Shown here: piece after piece, positions 39,421 through 53,469 of the stretch
Layout of the letters: every line of letters begins with the position of its first letter
Position numbering within the stretch: position 1 is the first letter of the stretch
DNA from: Octopus sinensis
Lineage: Eukaryota
Direction: 5' to 3'
Assembly: GCF_006345805.1 (NCBI RefSeq)
Contig: NC_042999.1
Location: forward strand, 169,446,001-169,510,000
DNA length: 64,000 nt
The notes under the pieces: generated by a model
What the model was told of the DNA's origin: nothing
The model's database searches: none
The model's input: only the letters and a program-made list of their open reading frames with translations
Program-made: the position numbers and the translations under genes

Positions 39421-40463
39421 GTATTTATTCAGCATGTTATATTTTAATGAATGCATTTACAAAATTTCTAAAATGATAAAAATATACCTAATTTTAAGTA
39501 TTCTGTTTTGTTTTTTTTTGTTTCAAATTTTATTTGCATTTTTGTCTTGTGTTTCTTATTTCATTTTACTGAATTCCTTCAATTTCATATGTTTATTGTC
39601 AGTGGCATGTCACTAGACTCAGTGTTGTTCATAATTAGTTGATTTGGAAATGATTTTACAATAGACATCATTAGCAATGTTTTTGTTGTTATTATTAGAA
39701 TTGTCTCTCCTGAAATTTCTGACTTTGTATCAATGTTAGAAACCAATATTAAAAGCATCTTACAAAATACTTCAGTATTTAGGGCACTACTGGCAAACAC
39801 AGGTCTTATCATTTAATTGTCATCAAACTTAACTGTGGAAGGATATTAAAAGCATAACCATGAATGCAAATATTTCTATCATGAATTAAATAACTATTAG
39901 TTATGGAGTTGGATACTATTTAGGAATTTAAAAAGGTTTTAAAATGTTGTGAAATGCATCACCAGCAGTTTGACCAAACAATTCACCACTGTCTGTATAC
40001 ATGTCAGTATTGAAAGAATGAAAGTGTTTAAAGAGCAGTTATATCTTTGCTAATGTTAATGAAAGTAAATTAATGGGACTCATATTTTCCTGTAGTACCA
40101 TATTTAGTAATGGTCCTTTACATTCCAAATTCAAATTCTATCCTGGTCAACTTTGCTTTTCAACCTTCTAAAGTCAGTAAAGCACAGTTAAGTCCTTGGG
40201 TTGATTTAATTATATATACTCTCTCCCAAAACCTGTGTGTAGCCTTATGCTAATGTTAGTAATCATTATTATTATTGTAACTAGGTTGTTGCCTGTTCTT
40301 ATGCTGCCAGTAAAAATATTTATTAATCATGCACATACTTTCATAAATTATTCAAAGTGAAAGTCCTTCTTTTAAACTCTGTGTTGTCTATAAGTTGAAA
40401 GACACAGAAACACACATGGACATAAACATACAAACAAACAACCAAATAAAATTACTATATATG

Positions 40464-40496
<33 letters not shown>

Positions 40497-41043
40497 GTAT
40501 AAATATCAATAATAAAGTGATTGTTTCTTATCAGGAACAAAATGTTTAATAGGACTGCTATAGAAGTGCTCAATTGAATGAGACAAATATATTAAACCAT
40601 GGTTGCAGAACAAACAAATATAAGGTCATTTCATATCTCATAACATTTGACCACATAATGCTTTTTCTTTCACATAGAATATGCATGTATAAAATCACGG
40701 AAGATGAAACACAACTCATCAATACAAGCATATAAGAAAAATGTTTGAATACAGTCTATCGCGATTAAAAATTAATGATTAATACGTTAGCAACTAAAAA
40801 AAAATATATTTTAACATTATAACATCTAGAATAATGAATATATAAAAATATAAAGAAATATATAAATATATAAAAAGATATAAAAAATACATATATATAG
40901 GAAACATATAAATAAATAATATATAAGGTAAGATAAAAGTTCATCATTTAGAAATTTTTTCAATTAAAAATTACTTTTCAAGATAAGGGAAAACCTATTT
41001 TTAAAAGCCAGTGTCCAAGCAAAAAAAAGGAAGAAACCATATT

Positions 41044-41136
41044 TACATTCCCTGTGGCCATTTCAGGGGTTCATCACCGTATTTAATGCATGAGGGTGCA
41101 TCACGATAATTACTCCTTCATCAGGGGAAAAATAAA
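41044..41136 (-). ncRNA. type I hammerhead-ribozyme-like motif 1 (Penelope/retrozyme-type, non-canonical C16.1)
   Basis: Minus strand reads uuccc-CUGAUGA-[extended stem II agg...ccu]-GAAA-UGGCCA(palindrome)-CA-gggaa. Confidence 0.55.
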
Positions 41137-41167
41137 GAAACACACATCACGTATGAAATGGCCACAG

Positions 41168-42005
<838 letters not shown>

Positions 42006-43149
42006 TTTTTGATGTGTTTCACTGTGTTGACTGACTTGCACTTAAAGTTATCACGTTTTTAGTCAAAAGTTGTTAGGTATTAAGATGACGTACACACACA
42101 CTCTCTATCTCTCTCACTGCATTTCTCACTCAACAACTTTTTCTCCTCTCTTTCTTCTATTCAAAGTGAAAGTTTTTTTAAAGTCTTTGTTGTATTTGCC
42201 TATATGTTGAAAGACACAGAAATACACAAACACAAACAACAACAACAAAAAAACTATATCTATATATGTATATATATGAATGTGAGTTTGAAAGGATATA
42301 TTATCCAGGCAGATACTATGGTGGCTCTCAGTTATGCTCCCAGTTATGGCTAATCGCATCAATCAGTATTTAGCATCTATCACTACTATTAGTTGTCAGT
42401 CACTCTGTAAATGCCTCTGATGGGTAATTCTGTGTTTGCTTCACTGGATGGTAATATTACCTGGAGTATATAATAGCAATAATTATAACAATAGAGAACA
42501 TGGAGTCTTGTTCATCCTCAAAATTTATTTCCTCTTATTTTACAACTTTATTCAACATATTTTTATGATCTTTATGACCTACACATATTTCCACTGCACA
42601 AATTACAGGCAGTTGCAGAAGCAACCTGGCACAATATTTGGTGCAGCTTCTTCAGGGCCTATCCATTTTGCTAGTTTAAAAACTATATATATGTACACAT
42701 ATAGTCTTTTTTGAAGTGTGCTGTTGACAGACTTGCACTTAAAATTCCTGCTTTTTAAATCAAAACATGTAAATTACTATTGTGACAACACTACCTATCT
42801 ATCTATCTATCTTTCACACACCCTCTCTCACTCACACTATTTCTCTCTGAACAACAACAGTTTCTCTTCCTCTTCTAAAAATACATTGTGATGTATATTT
42901 TGACTCCTCCTCTTTTTTCCTCTCTATAATAGACATTGTGACTGACAGACAGATGAAGATCCACTTCTCTTTTATTATATAAAATTAGTTTAATGATTAT
43001 TGTGTAGAAGTTATAGAGCATGAAACTATTTTATTTATACTTCTAAGATTCTTGAGAAAAAAACAAGCTCAAGCCATTCTCAAATAAATTTATTGCCTTG
43101 TACTCTATACTGGAATTGTTATTGGATTCGCAAAATTGTTAGAGCATTA

Positions 43150-43730
43150 GAAAATAATTGCCTTGCAGTATTTCTTCCAAGTTTTTACATTCTGTGTTCA
43201 AATCCTGCCAAGATCAACTTTGCTTTTCATTCCTTCAGAGTTAGTAAAATGAAGTACCAGTTAAATACCTCCTCCTTTCAAAACTGTTGGCTTTGTGCTT
43301 AAGTCAGAAACAATATGGTGGCAAATTGGCAGAATAATTAGATCATTGGTAAAAACTACCCTGTTCCAGCCCTTTATGCTCTGAGTTCAAGTCCTACCAG
43401 TGTCAACATTGCTTTTCATCCCTTTGAGTCAATAAATACAGTACCAGTCAAGTACTGGGGTTGATGTTGTCTATTACTTCCCCGCCTCTCAAAATTACTG
43501 GCCTTGTGCTGAAATCAGAAGCTATTAAAGGTGGTGAATTGACAGAATCATCAGAGTACCAAATAAAATGCTTTGGGGTAATTCTTCTGGCATTAACATT
43601 GTGTTCAAATCTCATTGCAGTCAACTTTACACCTTTCATCTCCTCGGGGTTAATCAAGTACCAGTCTAGAACTGGAGTTGATATCAACTACTCTCACCTC
43701 AAAATTTCTGACCATGTGCCTAAATAGAAA
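43150..43730 (+). mobile_element. tandem old SINE family C copies
   Basis: Three or four degenerate gttcaaat...gtcaactttgcttttcatcc...aagtaccag blocks. Confidence 0.65.
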
Positions 43731-44039
43731 CTATCATTGTTATTGCTGTTTTTCTTCTTTCAATTTGTTTCCATTTCTTGCCAGGTATCTCCTCGACACC
43801 TAGGGCAAAAAAACTCACTGTATACATTGATAGGCCATTGAAATAAACATGTCAGTTTGTTCATTTACAAAGTTAAATGAAGTTATGTAGAAACAATTAT
43901 TCGTTTGGATGATAATCATTTTCACTGACAATTCTCTTTGCAATACATGTTCAAACAATTTTTTGCATTTCTTGCAACGATGCTAAGCCAGAGATCATTT
44001 TCAAATTATTATTATTATTATTTCTTATGTACACAACAG

Positions 44040-44470
44040 ATTAGACTGTTGGAAAAGAAAACTTCCTAACATCGGGTTACAACAAATAACCTTAGATTCC
44101 AAGAACTCTCCTGAGTATTCTAGTTGTCCCTAATAACACTGTTTTCTGGAGCTGTACTGAACTAGGTTTTATGTCTATTTTATCTATCCATCTGTTCAAA
44201 TCTTTAGGGACAGTTCCTAGTGTATCTATAACTACAAGGATACATTTTACCCACACTTTCCATAGTCCCTGTAATTTAATGGCTTGGTACTAGTACTTTG
44301 GTTTTCTCAGTACCTCTCATATTGACTTTCTCATCATTTGGAACTGTAAAGACAATTATCTTGTACTTTCTATTCCTTTTGTCTACTACTACTAAATCTA
44401 CTAAGTTCTTTTGAATGTGAAAACAGATCTTTCCACCTACCCATTTGACCTTGGGTGGTAGGGCAGGGAA
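44040..44470 (-). mobile_element. RLE non-LTR retrotransposon 3' fragment
   Basis: Minus strand reads DLVVVDKRNRKYKIIVFTVPNDEKV and GTTRILRRVLGI. Confidence 0.7.
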
Positions 44471-44924
44471 AAGATTGCTTTATGGAATGTATTTTGCAGA
44501 AATTTCTTAATTCATATCCTGTGAATTGTTTCCATTATCTGGAACTAATGTGTCTGGAACACTGTATTGAGCAAATAACTCAACTAGTAACTTTACTGTT
44601 GTCGTTACGGTAGGTTTATTATGTCTGCATACCTCTGGCCACTTTGTATAGCTATCCACAATGATTAGATAGTATGCACTGTTCACTGGTCCAGTGTAGT
44701 CTATAAGGATCCTGGACCATGGGCTTTCAGTCTTTGTATGTAGACTTAGTTTGTCCAAGAGTACTTGCAGAAACATTCTTTTTTAATTTTTTCTTTAACT
44801 CTTCAGACAGATTATTTTTAGAGGGACAACCATTTACATTTTTACAATAGAGTTTTATGAGGAGGTCCCATAAATTTTTAATGACAAAGACTTACGCCTT
44901 GCATGTTTTCCCTTGAAATGTGAA

Positions 44925-45225
44925 AGGAGTGGCTGTGTGGTACCTCAGGCAAGTGTCTTCTACTGTAGCCTCGGGCCGACCAAAGCCTTGTAAGTGGATT
45001 TGGTAGACGGAAACTGAAGGAAGCCTGTCGTATGTATGTGTGTGTGTGTGTTGACAACTGATGATGGTGTGTTTACATCCCTGTGACTTAGCAGTTCGGC
45101 AAAAGAGCCCAATAGAATAAGTACTAGGCTTACAAAGAATAAGTTCTGGGGTCAATTTATTCAACTAAAGGCAGTGCTGTAGCATGGCTGCAGTCAAATG
45201 ACTGGAACAAATAAAAGAGTATTTA
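44925..45225 (+). mobile_element. SINE family A inserted in the Gypsy remnant
   Basis: Consensus match with a deletion in the head. Confidence 0.8.
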
Positions 45226-46266
45226 GTCCACATTTTGCCTATGAAATGTAATTTGTCACCCATCATGCTACAAGCAGATTTCGCTGTTTTTCTCAACATA
45301 GGTTTCGATATTTTCTTCCGTGTGTCCATATTTACTGTTGAAATATCACTTCCAATATCCATTTGAAGTTTAATATGTATTTCATTTATTTTTACATTTG
45401 GGAGTTGATTTTTATTTCTGCTGAGAGCACTCTAGGATTTTTAACGTTTGACCTTCACAATTTTGTTTTGCAGTGTGAACTCTTGTGACCAATTGTTTTG
45501 TAACTAACATTTTTTTGATTTTTAAATGGATAGTCTTTTCTGAAATGTATGCCCCCACATTCCTAACATGGATAAGGGTGTGGTGCTCTTTTTTGGTTGT
45601 ACTTTTCCTGTCAGCATATCTGTATTTTTGAGGAATCTTTTTCTTGAATTTTTCTACATCGTATTTCAGGTTTACCATCCTTTGGCATTCTTCTGCCACG
45701 GACTGTAAGGTTTGATCTTAGTTTGATTGTTCCAATTTAAAATGACTCCTTGTCCAAATTTCTGTATCTTCGCTTGCTGTAAGGATTTGTACAAAAATAA
45801 AACACTTGAACATTTCAGGCAGGTGTAAGTTCTTTGAGCTTAAAACTTTTACACATTGTGTTGACTGTTCCTACATATGTGATAAAATAATCGTTCCCTT
45901 TTTTTGTTATATTCCAACACTCCATTCGAGTGTTAAATAGAGAAGTTTTATCACCAAATATGTTAGACAGTAATTCTATTGTTTTTTAAAACAAATTTCA
46001 TTGGTTTTTGGGGGCAATATGAAATTACAGTTATATTCATACTCTAACAGAGCTACTTTTTGCAATAACAATCTCACTTTTTGTTCATCGAACCATGATT
46101 ATCAATCTTGCTTCAAAATCTCTTTGTATCTTCTGTAGTACAATGCAGAAGTTATACCCTCTTCTGGGTTATAACTGAATTCATTAATGAAGTTCAAAAT
46201 GCCATCTGGTGGAAACGAATGTTCCTCGGTTTTGGACTTCTTTGAATATAGCTCCAGTAATTGTTG

Positions 46267-46651
46267 AGTGGAAGCGCAATGGTCCAGTGGTTAGGGCAGC
46301 GGACTCGCGGTCGTAGGATCGCGGTTTCGATTCCCAGACCAGGCGTTGTGAGTGTTTATTGAGCGAAAACACTTAAAGCTCCACGAGGCTCCAGCAGGGG
46401 ATGGTAGTGATCCCTGCTATACTCTTTCACCACAACTTTCTCTCGCTCTTACTTCCTGTTTCTGTTGTACCTGTATTTCAAAGGGCCGGCCTTGTCACTC
46501 TCTGTGTCACGCTGAATATCCCCGAGAACTACGTTAAGGGTACACGTGTGTGTGGAGTGCTCAGCCACTTACACGTTAATTTCACGAGCAGGCTGTTCCG
46601 TTGATCGGATCAACCAGAACCCTCGTCGTCATAACCGACGGAGTGCTTCCA
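46267..46651 (+). mobile_element. tRNA-derived SINE (OR-like) with 14-bp TSD
   Basis: TSD tccagtaattgttg at 46253-46266 and 46652-46665. Near-identical to the 11005 copy. Confidence 0.9.
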
Positions 46652-46879
46652 TCCAGTAATTGTTGTTGTATTTGCTGCTGTAATAGTTGATTTTGCAACT
46701 CCTGTTGCTGCTCTTGTTGTTTCCGTTGCAACTTTTCTATGGAATCTAATAGGTCTTCTATTATTTAACAAGTTGTATGACAAACAAATTGTTAAATAAC
46801 CTATGTGAGCTTTGAAACCCTCATCAGATGTTGTGATGTAATTTGTTACGTTAAATAAATAAGAGAGAAAATCAGGTGT

Positions 46880-49855
46880 AGTGTTGGCAAATCTCAGAAA
46901 GCATGGAAGTTTTGAAGGATGCAGTGCTCCGACAACTAACAACTGATGCCGGCAGTTTGTTCCATGCTTCAGCAACTCTCAGCGGGAAAAATGCTTCCTA
47001 AAGTCATGGGAGCTGTGCTGTTTTCTGACTTTGTAAATATGCCCACAGGTGTTAGATGGGTGGAGTTTGAAAAGGTGCTCAGACTTATTGTTAGTAAGAT
47101 GGTTAATAATTTTATGGGTGTCTGCCAAGTCAGCTGCCAGACGTCGGATTTTCAATGTGTTCATGCCCAGGGAAGTAAGGCGTTCAGAATATGGCAAATG
47201 CCTGATGGAGGGTATTCTCTTGGTTGCACGTTGCTGAACGGCTTCCAGACGATTAATATCCTGGGCAAGATAGGGGTTCCAGACCGGTGATGCAAATTCC
47301 AGGTGAGGATGCACCATAGCTATATAAAGCCTCAGATAGATAGCCGGAGAGCAGCTCACAAAAGACTTGGTGAGTGATGCCAAGACATCCTCAGCCTTCT
47401 TAGCAATTTTAGCAATGTGTTTTGTCCAATGCAAATCGCTGTCGACAATACTGCCCAGGTCACGTTCACAAGAAGACTTTTTGAGATTAGTGCTGTGGAA
47501 GGAGTAGGTGGACGCTGGGTTTTTCCTCCCAAAATGCATGGTGGTACATTTGTCCACAGCTAACTTAAGTTGCTAGTCCATACCCACTGCTGCGGTGTGT
47601 CCAGGTCTGATTGCAATAAAGATCTATAGTGTACAGGATCTGTCCTCTTTATTTCGAGGTACAGCTTGATGTCATCTGCATATTTCAGCACTGTGGCATT
47701 CTTTAAGTTGGCATCTATGTCATTAACATATGCAACAAATAAAAGGAGGCCAAGAACAGATCCCTGTGGTACACCAGATGTCATCTCATAGGGTGAAGAG
47801 TGCTGTCCTAGAACTGTGACAACCTCTTTTCGGCCGATAATAAAAGACTTCAATCAGTTATAGAGATTGTTTCTTGCACCCATTGCAGAGAGTTTCACCA
47901 TAAGTCTTTTGTGTGGCACAGAATTAAAAGCCTTAGCAAAGTCCAGGCAAACAACATCCACCCAGGAGCTGCCATCAGTGATTTGGGTAACGTCCTCAAG
48001 AAACTCGATGAGTTGATTACAGCAGCTGGAGTTAGGAATAAATCCAAATTGTGATGGCTGGATGAGGCTGCGAGACTTCCAGAAGTTCCAGAGGGTTTCT
48101 CTGACACAGGATTCCATCAGTTTGGTGATGCAGCTAATAAGACTGACAGGTGATGTGCAGTCGCCTTTTTTGAACAGAGGGATAACACTGGCAGTTTTCC
48201 ACTACTCTGGAGTAACACCATTGTCAAAACAGAATTGAAAGAATAGTGAAAATTGGTTTAGAAGAAAGTACCCACCGTGTTTGAGAAGTAGGTATGTAAC
48301 ACCATTGAGACCAGGAGAGGCATAGTTACGTTTACTCTTAAGGTGGCGTTGTAGCATTGCTGGTACAAATTTCATAGTAGTTATAGAGTCTGGTCTCAGA
48401 GGTGATGGAGATGGAACATTTTGATCTTCGACAGTAAAGATGCCTGCTTTGCATCCAGCAACGATTTCTGCACATTCTTTGGGATCCCCTGTGTGGAGAT
48501 TGTGAAGGGGACCAACTGGGGAGTGAGGTCTCTGCTTTGAATGTACATACTTCCAGAACACTTTTGCTGTCAGGGTTGGTTGCTATGCACTGTTCGAATT
48601 CAAGCACTGCCTTTTTTGTCACCTGCCTGAGATGGTTGGCTGATCTATTGCACTTTTTCCTGTTGATCTCTGTTTGGTGCAATTTGTATTCCTGTTCAGC
48701 ATTATGGTGTTCTTTCGTGGCAAGTCAGACTGCTGCAGTCTCCCAAATTGCACTATTGCGTGGTTTTTTGTGCTTGCTTGGTACTGATGCTGCACATGCC
48801 GCCCATATTTAGAATGTTCTGAAGTATAGTGTTCACATCTCCAGAGGCATAAAATTCGAGCCAGTTTGGGCATCGCAGCTCAGTACAATAAGAGCTCCAG
48901 TTTGAAGATGGTTGTGGTTTTTGTTACAACCAATCAGAGACAAGTCGGTCATGATCATGGAATGATCAAAGTCACCAAAAGGTTCTTCAGTAGTGACACT
49001 AATAATTGTTTCAGGAGAAGTGGTAAATAGCAGATCCAAAGTGTTGTTACCCCTTGTGGGGGAGGTAACGACTTGAGACCAATTTGAATTCAGCCCCAGT
49101 TCAAGGAAAACATCTGCACTTTGCAGCCAACGGAAGTCAATCTCAGGGAAATTGAAGTTCTCTGCAATATAAGCATAAGTGGCTGTTTTCATGGATATCA
49201 AAAAGTTGTGTGTCTTGATGATAATTTGGGGGAAGGGGGGGGGGGCAAACAACTCCAAGTAGAAGTGTTGACATGGTCATGTGTATATTGCAGAAAAATA
49301 CTTCCTGTTGAGATTGGTTCAAATCATCACGAGGAATTGCCGATAGATTTGAATGAACGTAGACCATTACACCCCCACCACAACAATTAATGCAGTCTTT
49401 ACGGAAGAATTTATAGCCGGCTATGCTGAAAACCCCATCACAGAGTGCAGAATGTGCCCATGTTTCTGTGAATGTGATGAAATCTGGGTTGATACTTTTG
49501 ACATAAGAGTCAAAAAGATGTACCTTGTTGCATAAACTACGGGCATTTAAGGACAACAGTTTGTATCTGGATTTCAGATGACGATGATATACAGGGGATG
49601 GCTGATTGTTCTTGTTTAGTTTCCCATGATTTTTGTATTGCCAGTTATTGTGGGTGTAGTATGCTCAGTCCAACTGATATCCCTTATCCACGACTCACCA
49701 GACTTGACGAATTTCCATATTTGCCCATTGTCACGTAGGTTAAAGCTTTCCTGTGGCACAGAGTTGCGATTTAGGGAAGCTACAGATCTTAGCTTTGGGC
49801 ATACATCAGGTGGTAGAGCAGGACATGTCCGAAAGGTAATTCTGTTTTTGCACCA
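46880..49855 (-). mobile_element. CR1-clade LINE, near-complete but disrupted ORF2 (APE + RT)
   Basis: SLNARSL...TETW...GGGV; PTRGNNTLDL; DFAKAFNSVPH; GVPQGSVLG...YADDIK; LEFASPVWNP. Split by stops and frameshifts. Confidence 0.93.
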
Positions 49856-50021
49856 CAACCATACTGGAGCACCACTTTTAGTTGAACAAATTGTACCTAA
49901 GCCTTATTCTTTCTAACCCTAGTACTTATTTTATCGGTCTCTTTTGCCGAACTACTAAGTTACGTGGATGTAGACACACCACTGTCGGTTGCCAAGTGAT
50001 AGTGGGGGAACAAACACATAC

Positions 50022-50063
<42 letters not shown>

Positions 50064-50203
50064 GACGAGCTTCTTTCAGTTTCCGTCTACCAAATCCACT
50101 CACAAGGCTTTGGTCGGCCCGAGGCTATAGTAGAAGACACTTGCCCAAGATGCCATGCAGTGGGACTGAACCCGGAACCATGTAATTGGTAAGCAAGCTA
50201 CTT
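49855..50203 (-). mobile_element. SINE family A whose head is split by a Tx1-like LINE (remainder at 53470-53490)
   Basis: Ends ...gtaagcaagctactt at 50203 and resumes ctacttaccacacagccac at 53470. Confidence 0.8.
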
Positions 50204-53200
50204 TATTTCATCAAATTTGCCAGAGGGGAAGAACAAAGACAAACAAACATAAAAAGGTGAAGTAGCTGCTAATCGATTAAAAAATAGTCTCGGATGATAG
50301 GTGAATCATAAAAAAATATATATAGTTTTAAAATAAAAAAAAATTTTATGTTCATTGTGATTTGCAATGTATTTCCTAAAGGCTTCCGGCCACCTAGGTA
50401 GAACCTTTAGTTTTCATCTTGAATGCACTTACTTGGTGCCAATCACACCTAACTTACTTTCCATAGGTTTCCATCATTTAACAAACATATCCCATGTCAG
50501 ACACCTCTTCTCCAGCCTGATCTTACTATTGAGGTGATAACCAAAGAAGTTGACCGACCCCTGACCAGTGACAAAGGTACCTGTCATTATACCTTTCACA
50601 CGCGTCTTCCATACTGTTTTTTTCAGTATGGCTACTACGCAGAAAAAACAGGCCTTCCTTTACCTGCTAAGGGAAGGGGGTGGCACAATCTTGATGATAG
50701 ACTCAGCTGGTAGCTGTCCTCTTCCCATCACTGACATCAGTTGTTTGACGAAAGCTATCGGTCCTTATAATTCCGGACACTCCCTATCCTGCCCACATCT
50801 CAGGCATGTCGACAAGACGGCACTTCCGTGCCTTGAAAGCTTGTCATGAACCGGTGACGCTGTACGGAAGCACTGCCAAGCCAGGGATTTCTGGTAATTA
50901 TCCAGTTACACCGGCTCATATGATCTCCTGAACAGGTTGATTAACTGATTTTCATCGTAGCCCAGGGTCTCCCCCAAGGCGTCTTTGGACTTGGTCTCTA
51001 CTAACCCGCTATAAAAATCCATGGTGGAACTCCTGCTGCCGGCATTACCCATCCGAGAGAGTAGCTGAAGTGCCTGACAGCACTCCAATTGCCAGTCCCC
51101 CAGCCTAGGTCTCTTCTTGATCCACGCACCAACGTCTGTTAAAGACATTAACTGTGGGAGATAGAACCGGAAGTGCAGTGACCACACCTGCTCTCCATCC
51201 AGGTAAAGCCAGAGGTGCCTCAACCTTAACACGAATTTTCGCATCTTCAGCCAAGGCATCCCTAACCCACCATTTAGCGGTTTCTGGCAGCAGACAGAGC
51301 GCTTCACGAGTGGCTTTCCTCCCTTCCACTAAAAGCAGAAAAGGATTCTCTCCAACTTGTTCAGCCACAAATCAGAGCAAGGTACTACAGTCAGACGGTA
51401 GGTGATAACCAATGCTATAAACGTCTGCACCACCTCCGCCCTCCCTAGCAAGGATAACGCCCGCCCACACCAAGTCTGGGTTAGAGCAGTCACCTTGCTG
51501 GTCACCTCACTCCAATTTTTCTCTATCTGGAGGTCTGGACCAATCCAAACTCCGAGCAGCTTAACAGGACCTTCTGTCCAATGCCCCACTACGTTATTGG
51601 ACAGTACTGCCACCGCCTTGTAACTTTTAATGGCCTTTTCCACCACTGGAAGCTGGCCTTCATCTGCCATGATGATGGAGATGTCATTCGCGTATGCTGT
51701 AGCTCCTCTTCCACACCATAGATCATGTGGCGTGCCCCCTAGTGCCTCCAACTTCCGCAGCAATGGCTCAAGAGCCAGTACATACAAAAGCAGAGACAGA
51801 GAACACCCCTCACGCACTGATTGTTCGGTCTTGAATGGCTTTGAAAAGAAACCATTCACTTTCACAACAGACTTAATATCGCTGTACAGCACAGAAATCC
51901 AACCACGGGGGGTCGGGCTTAAGCCAGCTTTCTCGAGGACCGCCGCCATGTACCGATGGTCAACCCTATCAAATGCTTTAGACTGATCTAAATGTACCAG
52001 TGCCCTCCCTGCACCACAAAGTTTCCTCACCCTCTCTAAGGAGTAGTGTATAAGATGGAGATTGTCATGGATCGACCTGCTTGGGATGGCACACGTTTAC
52101 GCTTACTCTAGCAGTCCACCTATGACCCACGCCAGTATTCTCACTAGCACCTTGGCCAAAATCTTTAACTCTGGGTTCAACAGAGTTATGGGCCTGAAGT
52201 TCCCCATCTCGCCCCCCTTGCTCATGTCCTTCCTGATCAATGTCACCACCCCTCGGCTCGCAGACTTGGGAATTCTCCTGTTCTGCTGCCAATTGGCACA
52301 GACGCTGGCCAGCAGGTGCCCAATCAAGTCTGGCATACTTTTATAAAATTCATAGGGTAGACCATCGAGACCCGGCGACTTCTCCCCGGGGCATTTGCCC
52401 AGCACCTTGATCACCTTGGCTGTGATTGGCCCTTCACAGCACTCAGCCTCTCGTGCTGACAGACATGGGCTGCCAGACAGGAAGTCCCTGAAGGCCTCAC
52501 CATGATCCAGCACCCCACCCATCCTGAACAACACAGCGAAGTGCTTGTAAAGTGCCTCACACATCTCATCCTGTCCCTCGACTGAACTCCACTGTCATCA
52601 ACAAGAGACCATATTGTGGCATCGTTGCCACGCTGGGTCTCTACCATATGGGCCCATCCGGCAACATTAATTCCTTCGTGGCTCAATGCACGCACTTTAG
52701 CCTGAAATCTTCACTCCTCATGCTTGGCTTTGAGGTGACGGTCCAGGGCCATTCTCACTGCTAGAATGTAGGATGCAGAGCCCAACCTCAATGCCTCCTC
52801 TAAGTCCTTAACTAGCTGCCCTTCTATTCTAGCCTTTACTAGTCCTAGCTAGTGGCTAAACCTAATAGACTCGAAACGAATGGCTCTCTTGAGGGCGAAC
52901 CACCACCACGCCAGTCAACGCCCTCTGTAGTAGCTCTTTAATCCGGCTACGGTATGGCTCGCAAGTCAAAATAGACTTGTTCAGCTTCCAGTAGCCGGAT
53001 CCTCTCTTAACTGTCCTATCTGTATTCAGCCTACACTTAACCATTTTATGGTCAATGTAGGACACCTGAACAAGCTGTGGACAACTAAAGCTATCCTTAT
53101 CTGTGGCTCTTCTGACTATCCTGTCTAAGTAAGACTTGAGCCTTCCATCGCCATTAAACCAGGTCCACTCTGGGACATTCGGATGGTGAAACCTGTACCG

Positions 53201-53469
53201 ATCTGCTAGCTGAAAGCGCTTAAGCAGATCCATGAGGCATGAGTTCTCTTTCCTACCGGTCAAGCCAACGCTATCAATGCGCGCATCAACAATAGTGTTA
53301 AAGTCTCCTAACACCACGAATGTTTTCGACATTGCGAGAAAGTTCTCCAGGTGCCGATAAAAATCAGTTAGAAATCCTCTAGCACAAGGTGCATGGAGTC
53401 CAATCAACCTGAAGACCTTACTGTTGTATGTCACATCAAGGATGACCAACCCACCTTCAGGGTTTACAT
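50204..53469 (-). mobile_element. 5'-truncated Tx1/L1-clade LINE ORF2 (APE, RT, C-terminus)
   Basis: VVLGDFN...SYLDRI...DHK...GYWKLN; SPGLDGLPYEFY...RPITLLN; LDQSKAFDRVDH...REGCSLS...YANDI. Confidence 0.92.

Larger units (their letters stand above)
44500..46830 (-). mobile_element. Ty3/Gypsy LTR retrotransposon remnant (gag, protease, integrase) with two SINE insertions
   Basis: Integrase PWSRILIDYTGP...LIIVDSYTKWPEV...DTLVPDNG; protease DIGSDIS; gag LLSNIFGDKTSLFNTR...QSVAEECQRMVNLKYD. Confidence 0.85.

Noticed and set aside
39585-39812. 75-aa minus-strand ORF that looks protein-like
   Set aside because: No recognisable homology and no convincing minus-strand splice sites. It may reflect conserved intronic sequence near the microexon, so it remains unresolved.
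46267-46345. tRNA-like sequence (also at ~11320-11398 and ~27510-27587)
   Set aside because: These are SINE heads that continue into a SINE body with TSDs, not tRNA genes.
46880-53469. Possible intact active LINEs or domesticated RT genes
   Set aside because: Both ORF2s are split into many frames by stops and frameshifts.
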